Assembly: GCA_951406725.2 (NCBI GenBank)
Contig: OX597830.1
Location: 33,232,001 to 33,296,000 of the forward strand
Direction: 5' to 3'
DNA length: 64,000 nt
Source of the DNA: Octopus vulgaris
Lineage: Eukaryota
The notes beneath the pieces are model-generated. The model did no database searches, was not told the DNA's origin, and was given only the letters and a program-made list of their open reading frames with translations. The position numbers were made by a program, and so were the translations under genes. Within the stretch, counting starts at the first letter, position 1. Each line of letters opens with the position of its first letter. Of this stretch, positions 56,127-64,000 are shown piece by piece.

Positions 56127-56340
56127 ATGTGTTTGTGTGTATGTGTTTGTCCCCGCAACATTGCTTGACAACCGATGCTGGTGTGTTTATGTCCCCGTCA
56201 CTTAGCAGTTCGGCAAAATGACTGATAGAATAAGCACTGGGCTTACAAAGAATAAGTCCCAGGGTCGATTTGTCGACTAAAGGTGGTTCTCCAGCATGGC
56301 CGCAGTCGGATGACTGAAACAAGTAAAAGAGAAAGAGAAA
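56020..56340 (+). mobile_element. SINE family A, 5'-truncated, abutting the family B copy
   Basis: gtcttctgctatagccccgggccgacc...gactgaaacaagtaaaagag. Confidence 0.88.
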
Positions 56341-56443
56341 TATATATATTTGCATGTGTGTTGATATATGCTTAATATATATATATGTGTATATATATTC
56401 ATATATATACATACACATTTACCTTCAAGGAATTCTCACACCA

Positions 56444-56483
<40 letters not shown>

Positions 56484-57109
56484 CACTTGGGTAGGTTGTG
56501 TATAAACTTATTCAGCAGACCTTTTCCTTTCCCTCTATCATACTTTCACATCCCTCAGTATATACTCCTCTCAGTAGGGAGTGTGTCTTGTCTTCTGAGT
56601 ACCTGGTTACACCACTAGTACTGGTGCCACGAAAAACAGTCAGTACACTCTGTAAATTGGTTGGTGTTAGGATGAGCATCCACGCTTTTTCCTAACGTCA
56701 CTACATGGCATAAAGAAGAGCATGGACGCTGTAGTAGTGGGAATAGTACACCCCTCCCAAGGGACAAGTGGTATGAACCAGCCATTACAAAGTGAGACGA
56801 TGTCAACCAGTACAGAGAGTTGTGTGTCAGTCATTGTAGAGTTGTTGTATGAGTTCTCAGTTGGGGTTAAGTGTCAGTTACGTATTATAGTCAAGTTCAA
56901 GCTACAGTCAAGGTAGGCAGTTCAAATTTGAGGTCTTGCAAAGCTATCAGTAATAGCATGGTAGACAAAAATGGTGTAATACCATTCCGGTATGGAAGAG
57001 ATAGAGTGTTATCTGATACCAAGAAGTATTATGGCTACTAGAATAGATACAACAGCTACAGTCACAACAGTGACCAAACATAACAGATGTGGAAAATACC
57101 ACACAATAA

Positions 57110-57310
57110 CAGTAGCAAAGTTGGAAATGAAACTGGTCACAAATGCTAATGAGCATGGGGTAGGAGCTGTACTCTTACACAAATGTGACGGTGACAGTAG
57201 AAAGGCCACAGTTCACATGTCGAGGACATTGTTGTCAGTGGAAAAAAAAAATTATTGCTAGATTGAAAAAGAGGCATTGGCAATTATATTTAGTATCAAG
57301 AAGTTCCACT
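57110..57310 (+). pseudogene. Ty3/Gypsy RNase H-like domain relic
   Basis: LVTNANEHGVGAVLLHKCDGDSRKATVHMSRTLLSVEKK/NYC*IEKEALAIIFSIKKFH matches the 'DAS..GVGAVL......ASRTL...EKNY..IEKEALAIIF..KKFH' motif. Confidence 0.85.
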
Positions 57311-57408
57311 TTTATGAGTTGAAGATGTAATTAAGGACATAATGTGGAACATTGTATGAGCGTTTTCAATAACCTTGGAGGATATAAAACAGAATGAGTC
57401 AAAATATA

Positions 57409-57798
57409 ACTCTTTACTCACTTTAACTCTTTTACTTGTTTCAGTCATTTGACTGTGGCCATGCTGGAGCACCGCCTTTAGTCGGGCAAATCGACACCAG
57501 GACTTATTCTTTGTAAGCCTAGTACTTATTCTATTGGTTTCTTTTGATGAACCGCTAAGTTACAGGGGCGTAAACACACCAGCATCAGGTAAGCGATGTT
57601 GGGGAGACAAACATATACACACACATACATATATATGACAGGCTTCTTTCAGTTTCCGTCTACCAAATCCACTTACAAGGCTTTGGTTGGCCCAAGGACA
57701 TAGTAGAAGACACTTGCCCAAGTTGCTATGTAATGGGACTGAACCTGGAACCATGTGGTTGGTAAGCAAGCTACTTACCACACAGCCACTCCTATGCC
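57409..57798 (-). mobile_element. SINE family A, inserted in the Gypsy relic
   Basis: Reverse-complement full-length match to family A. Confidence 0.9.
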
Positions 57799-57884
57799 TA
57801 TGTTCATAAATGAAACAAAAAAAACATTGTGGTCAAGAAAAGAAAGCAAAAAAGGGTTTGGTACGAAAAAGACCAAGAACTAAA

Positions 57885-58250
57885 CATATTCAACATGTGA
57901 CAGCATACTGATGTATGCCTAAAGGGTTGTGATACCAGAGACACTACAAAAAAAAAAAAAAATGAAAGAATTTCTCATTGGACATCCAGGGCTTTCAGGG
58001 ATGAGAACAATAATGCACAGTTGTGTATATTGGCCAAAGATGGACAAGGAAATTGAAAACTTGGTAAAAGGCTGCAAAGGATGTGCTCTGGCAGCAAAAT
58101 TGCCTACTAAAAAATGGGAGCCTTGGCCAGAATTAAAAATTCTATGGTCGAGATTACGTGGGTCTGTTCGATGGTTCTTACTACTTAGTTTGACAGTTTT
58201 ATAAAATGGCCTGCAATTGTTATATGCAAAAGACTAACCACTGCAATGGT
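57885..58250 (+). pseudogene. Ty3/Gypsy integrase zinc-binding (HHCC-type) domain relic
   Basis: RVVIPETLQKK..KEFLIGHPGLSGMRTIMHSCVYWPKMDKEIENLVKGCKGCALAAKLP...PWP...WSRL. Confidence 0.85.
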
Positions 58251-58385
58251 AAGCCTCGTGGTATGAAGGAAACTCTGTATCTACACAGTCATATTTATGC
58301 TTACACATGCACACACACACATACACACGCACACATGCACACACACACGCACACTCTCCCTCTCACACAACACACACACACATGT

Positions 58386-58551
58386 ATGACGGGCTTCTTT
58401 CAGATTCCAGTTTCTGTCAGACAAATCCATTCACAAGGCTTTGGATAACCTGAGGCTCTAATAGAATACACTTGCCCAAGGTCCCACACAGTGGAACTGA
58501 ACTTGGAACTATGAGATTGGGAAGCAAACTTCTTACCACACAGCCACACCT
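58386..58551 (-). mobile_element. SINE family A, 5' half
   Basis: gacgggcttctttcag...cacttgcccaagg...cttaccacacagccacacc. Confidence 0.8.
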
Positions 58552-58924
58552 AGGAAGTTTTATAAAATGTTCAGTACATGTTTTCATCTCTTTTATTTAA
58601 AGGACAAAAATAAAAAAAACAAAACATTAAGTTATATTTAGAAAAATGCATTATTACTGGACAGTGAAGTATTATTCACAATAGGCAGAACTTTTGACAA
58701 AGTGCCATATAATGGTTGCTAGTTTTCAAATGCCAGTATGGATATATTGATTAAAAGATGTCAGATTAAGGTTATAAGAAAGCTGAGCATTAACCCTTTA
58801 GCTACTTGTAGGGACACCATATTTCATTATGCAATCCCATAATATGCTACAAAGAATATTAAATGCATTATAAGTCAATACTGAGTTCTACTGTGTTAGC
58901 AGTGCTATTAAATCACTTTTTTAA

Positions 58925-59105
58925 GGTGATTTCTGCAGATTTGCTATAGACAGTATAGCCAGCACTGATTTGTTATGACATTTCATATATGAATACATTT
59001 AAGGTAAATAATGTGATTGGAAATGGAAAAATAGGTTGTGGGTGTATATACACATTTCAGGAGTTATTGCTCTTTCATCAGAACCCATCCAGCCCATTAA
59101 TCATC
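58925..59105 (-). mobile_element. Second copy of the hammerhead-bearing repeat at 29470-29650
   Basis: Reverse complement CTGATGA-AAGAG-caataa-CTCCT-GAAA-TGTG-TA. Confidence 0.65.
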
Positions 59106-59190
59106 CATGAACTCATTACTAAAATATCTAGTAAATATAGACACAGGCATCACTGTTTGATAAGTAGCTTGCAATATATATAAATATATT

Positions 59191-59531
59191 GGTGCAGGTA
59201 TGGCTGTGTGGTAAGTAGCTTGCTTACCAACCACATGGTTCTGGGTTCAGTCCTACTGTGTGGCACCTTGTGAAAGTGTCTTCTACAATACCCATGAGCT
59301 GACCAAAGTGTTGTAAGTGGATTTGGTAGATGGAAACTGAAAGAAGCCCATCGTGTGTGCATGTGTGTATGTTTGTGTGTCTATGTTTGTCCTTCCCCGC
59401 CACCGCTTGACAACTGATGTTGGTGTGTTTACATCCCTGTAACTTAGCAGTTCAGCAAAAGAAACTAAAGGCAGACACTAAAGGTGGTGCACTAGCATAG
59501 CCGCTGTCAAATGACTAAAACAAATAAAAGA

Positions 59532-59562
<31 letters not shown>

Positions 59563-59820
59563 TATGGATATATATGAATATATATATCAATGTGTGTGTG
59601 TGTGTGTGTGTTTGTGAGTCTATGTTTGTCCCCACCACTGCTTGACAACTTGTGCTGGTGTGCTTACATCCCTGTAACTTAGCAGGTCAGCAAGAGAGAC
59701 CAATAAAATAAGTACCAGACTTTAAAATAAATAATTGCCAAAGTCGATTTGTTTGAGTAAAACCATTTCAAGATGGTGCCCCAGCATGGCTACAGTCAAA
59801 TGACTGAAACAAATAAAAGA
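59191..59820 (+). mobile_element. SINE family A (59191-59532) followed by a second 3' half (~59600-59820)
   Basis: Head ggtgcaggtatggctgtgtggtaagtagcttgc; two tails aaatgact(a/g)aaacaaataaaaga. Confidence 0.85.
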
Positions 59821-60567
59821 TAATTGTTAAAAGATATTTTATATAAGGGGGGGGCCAACAAATTATATTTGCACCTGTAATGAAGTATCCAAAGATTGCA
59901 TATTTCTGGGATTTGTCCCAGTTTTAAACAATAGCCTTGGTGTCCCAAAAGAATAATTCATGACAAACATTCGTCCCAGTTCTCTCGCTTATACTTTTAT
60001 TTCAAAAATAAATTTCCGTAAATATTTTCCTGTTTATTATTTTCGCTTGTGTTTCTTTGTTGTTTCTTTGTTGGTTTTTTTTTTTTTTTCTTGAGATTTT
60101 TGCTTTCAACAAATCAGCTTTTTAGAAAAGTACAGCTTTGAATTAAAGCAACACAGATTGTGAAAGAATATTTCCTTTGATTGGTACTCAATGATCTGAG
60201 GAAAGAAACAGACTGGTTGTTTCCACAATCAATGCCATTATTCGTGTATTTTTAATTTCAAGATTGTTTGAAATTCAATGAAATCTTTGCAAATGAAAAG
60301 GAAGAATTGGGAAAGGCAAAAACTTCAATGGAGTACAATGCCAGTGATTAGAGGTGTGTTTGTTTTTATGTTTTTATACATTGTGATTTTAGCCATTTTA
60401 ATTTTTGTTAAATTTCCAATAAATGATTTTACAAACTACACTATCAATAATTCTTATTCTCATATATAAAGACTTGTGAAATATATTACACATACACACA
60501 CACACATTTACAGATAAATAGATACATCTATATACATACATATATATGTATATATACATACATAAAT

Positions 60568-60614
<47 letters not shown>

Positions 60615-60627
60615 CATATGTATATTT

Positions 60628-60802
60628 ATTTTCCTCTGTCTTCCCTTCTCTGGATTCTTCCTTCTCCTATGTTTCCGATGAAGAGCTCCGCTCAAAACGT
60701 TAAACCCTTCTTTTTTCCTTCTTTCCTGAGCGTCCAATAATACTATATTTGTTCCATGTCCTCGTGTTGTGTTTTTTTGTGCTTTCTTGTTTGGATTAAC
60801 TA
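60628..60802 (+). mobile_element. Putative PLE pseudo-LTR fragment with a minimal hammerhead-like motif (60671-60705)
   Basis: GTTT-CCGATGA-A-GAGC-tcc-GCTC-AAAA-CG-TT-AAAC; homologous to 18233-18431. Confidence 0.7.
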
Positions 60803-60947
60803 TCATCATCATCATCATCATCGTTTAGCGTCCGTTTTCCATGCTAGCATGGGTTGGACGGTTCTACTGGGGTCTGAGAAGCCAGAAGGCTTCATCAGGC
60901 CCAGTCAAATCTGGCAGTGTTTCTACGGCTGGATACCCTTCCTAACG

Positions 60948-60950
<3 letters not shown>
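60802..60950 (-). mobile_element. SINE family C, 3' part
   Basis: catcatcgtttagcgtccgttttccatgctagcatgggttggacgg...cccttcctaacgcca. Confidence 0.85.
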
Positions 60951-61018
<68 letters not shown>

Positions 61019-61023
61019 GTATG

Positions 61024-61064
<41 letters not shown>

Positions 61065-61223
61065 AGCATGACTGCAGTCAAATGACTGAAACAAGTAAAA
61101 GAATAAAAGAATACAAGCTTAAAAGCTGCACTCAATGTGGACTTTTAAACTAGCTCCTCTGGAGAGCTCATTGGGCCCATGGACCAAAACTAAGGAGAAC
61201 TAAACAGCACGACTATACAAGGA

Positions 61224-61640
61224 GGATCTTTTCGGTTTGAACGGCAGTTTTTTCTAGCGGTGTCATATGAAATTATCACCCATAATTATGATCCTTGAAT
61301 TGATCTATTGCATTTCAATCTCTTTTAGGGTTAGAGTTAGGGTTAGGGGTGGGGAAGGGTATCTTTTTTCTTCACAAAAGTAAATAAACCCAATCTGCTT
61401 CTTAAACGAGGGACATATTCATATGGCACAGAATGTTTTCACCTCAATAGACGTCATTGATTGGTTGAAATTGCAGAAATTGAAGAAAAAACAACAAATA
61501 TCTTACAAACTATAGAATTTTCTCAATAAAGCCAAGAGAAAAAGATGTTTTATAAACACATTCTACCACTATACGAAGTTTGAAATTTTTTAGTTATCTA
61601 GAAATTATGTTAAAAACTGCTGTTCAAACCGAAAAGATCC
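61224..61640. mobile_element. MITE with ~28-bp TIRs and an 8-bp TSD (Merlin-like), containing internal TTAGGG repeats
   Basis: TIRs ggatcttttcggtttgaacggcagtttt / aaaactgctgttcaaaccgaaaagatcc; flanks tacaagga / tacaaggg; internal ttagggttagagttagggttagggg. Confidence 0.85.
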
Positions 61641-62166
61641 TACAAGGGTTCTCCTGACCCACTTCCTGTTATTGTAGGAAATGGAATTTGTGCAGGTATA
61701 ATCATGTATGCTTCTACTTGTTCCATTGTAAATTGCAGCTTTCCACTTCTTTCCAGCTTCTAGAGATGAAGTCTTCGCAGCTGCATCAAATGATGGGAGA
61801 AGTGTATCACCATTAGTGGTGGCTTATGTAAAGAAGGACTAATAATTATATCAAGTTTCGCTTACCCCAGTCCTTAGGAACTGGGTCAGGGTAAATCCTT
61901 AATGAACGTCCCTTCTAATACATCTACAATGATTATATGCCCTGGTGGTGTTTGATCAGAGGTTGAGGACGGATGAGAATTAATTCTGCAAAGCAATTAA
62001 TCATTCTATTGTTCCAGTCCTGAGTTGAATTCCGACTGTTGGCCAATTGGTCCCAAAGTTCTTATCTCAATGTAAAATTAATGAAGCGACATTCATTTAT
62101 ATCCCTCCCTTGATCTCTGGCATCATCTGACAAATGCCAACCAAGATGGCATGAATCAGTCAGAAA

Positions 62167-62579
62167 TGGCTGTGTGGTAAAACACTCAATGCCCAACTGC
62201 ATGATTCCAGGTTCAGTCCCACTGTGTGGCACCTTAGGCAAATGTCTTCTACTATAGCCTCAGGCCAAGCAAACCCTCATGAGTCGATTTGGTATATGGA
62301 AACTGAAAGAAGCCTGTCGTGTGTATATGTGTGTGTGTGCGTGTGTGTATCTAAGTGTGTGTGTCTTGGTGTCTGTATTTGTCCCCCACCAACTTGACAA
62401 CCAGTGTTGGTGTGTTTATATCCCCATAACTTAGCAGTTCTACTAAAGAGTTCGATAGAATAAGTACTAAGCTTAACACATAAAAAGTACTGGGATCGAT
62501 TTATTCAACTAAAATTCTTCAAGGCTGTGCCCCAGCATGGCCACAGTTTAATGACTGAAACAAGGAAAAGAATGAAAGA

Positions 62580-62615
<36 letters not shown>

Positions 62616-62833
62616 ATACATATATATGTGTGTATATATAAGTATATATTTATACGTATGTATATATGTATGTATATATGTACTTGTATATATATATATA
62701 TATATATATATACATACATAGGTATAGAAGTGGTTGTGTGGTAAGAAGCTTGCTTTCCAACCACTTCTGTTAGTGACTTCTGCTATAGCCTTGGGCTGAA
62801 TGGAAACTGAAAGCCCATCATATATATATATAT

Positions 62834-62904
<71 letters not shown>

Positions 62905-63131
62905 TACATATGTACATATTTGTGTGTCTTTGTTTGTCTCCCCCACTATCACTTAAAAACCGATGTTGGCATGTTTAGATCCCTGTAACTTAGCGGTTCG
63001 GCGAAAGGGACCAATAGAATAGGTACTAGGCTTTCAAAGGATAAGTCTTGGGGTCAATTTGTTCGACAAAAAAAGTGGTACTCCAGAATGGCCTCAGTTA
63101 AATGACTGAAACAAGTAAAAGAATAAAAGAA
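62167..63131 (+). mobile_element. Two tandem family A SINE copies (62167-62580, 62721-63131)
   Basis: Each has a tggctgtgtggtaa-like head and a aatgactgaaacaag tail. Confidence 0.85.
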
Positions 63132-63418
63132 TGCACCGTCCAACCCATGCCAGCATGGAAGGCGGATGCTAAACGATGATGATGATGATGATGACACACA
63201 CTTAGACACGAATCTTTGTTTACTGAGAGTTTTTTAAAATACATAACAAAAATATGATAAACAAAAATTCTTGTCAAAAGCATGTACACACAACAAGTTT
63301 GAAGATAATTTTATTGACTGTTAATTTTATCATTAGACCGACTACATTTACTATATTTATATTTACGCCATGTTTCAATCAGTTTAACCTCTGGGACCAT
63401 TTACATAAGCAAGAATAA

Positions 63419-63465
63419 AACACCTGATGATGATCAGAGAGTAAGCCAATTGAAATGTTATGTCA
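63419..63465 (+). ncRNA. Strongly decayed hammerhead-like remnant
   Basis: aacac-CTGATGA-tgatc...caatt-GAAA-TG-TT-atgtc; core and spacing fit but the stems are eroded. Confidence 0.3.
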
Positions 63466-64000
63466 ATATAAATATTGCAAATATGAGATGAGGTTAATAG
63501 CATGGAAAATTATAAAGTTAATAACTTAATAACCACATCTCATAATTTTAGATATTGAAATAAATGTTTTTGGTTAGATTTCCTGAGCCAAACATGATGA
63601 AAATTTTGGCATTGTTGTAAAGAATATATGCTCTAAAACGAAATTTACGCTAGTCTTTTACTTTCATAATTTATGAGGGGAATGTGTGTGTGTGTATGTG
63701 TATAAGTGTGTGTGTGTGTATGTGCCCTGTGGTGTTTGCATTCTGGTTATGAATCATCTTCATCATCATCGTCATCATCGTCATCACAGTCATTGCTGTC
63801 ATCATCGTCGTCATCGTCGTCATCATCATCATCATCATCTCTTCAACATCATCATCATCTTCATTTACTGGTCACAGTTATTGAACTGCAGCCGTGCCGA
63901 GTCACTGCTTTCAAAAGCGTTAGTTAATTATATTTGGACAAGTACTACGAGAGGGAACACTTCAGCAGCACTATTGCCACCTCCCCATCCCCCCAGGAAA

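Noticed and set aside
61323-61352. TTAGGG repeats as a telomere or fusion site
   Set aside because: Only about four imperfect units, and they lie inside a TIR-bounded MITE.

Overview
AT-rich, microsatellite-saturated animal genomic DNA. The tRNA-derived SINE families look like those of Octopus (coleoid cephalopod); this is inferred from repeat recognition, not a search. I find no intact protein-coding gene: almost all ORF-track entries are translations of (TA)n/(CA)n/(TATC)n/(ATT)n/(CAT)n repeats or of SINEs, so this is probably a large intron or intergenic region. Recognisable content: about 40 SINE copies or fragments in four families, an internally deleted mellifera-type mariner, two REL-endonuclease (R4/Dong-like) LINE relics in different microsatellites, RTE and Ty3/Gypsy relics, a head-to-tail non-autonomous Helitron dimer, piggyBac-type and Merlin-like MITEs, and Penelope-like element (PLE) relics. 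The main finding is a set of type I hammerhead ribozyme (HHR) motifs. One, after a GIY-YIG ORF, is nearly intact and canonical (13562-13647). Others carry non-canonical cores, most notably a 270-bp palindrome (44961-45230) in which both arms hold an HHR fold with the C3-G8 pair swapped to G3-C8 (GUGAACA). A few candidate micro-exons and enhancer-like unique islands are low confidence. SINE boundaries are approximate.
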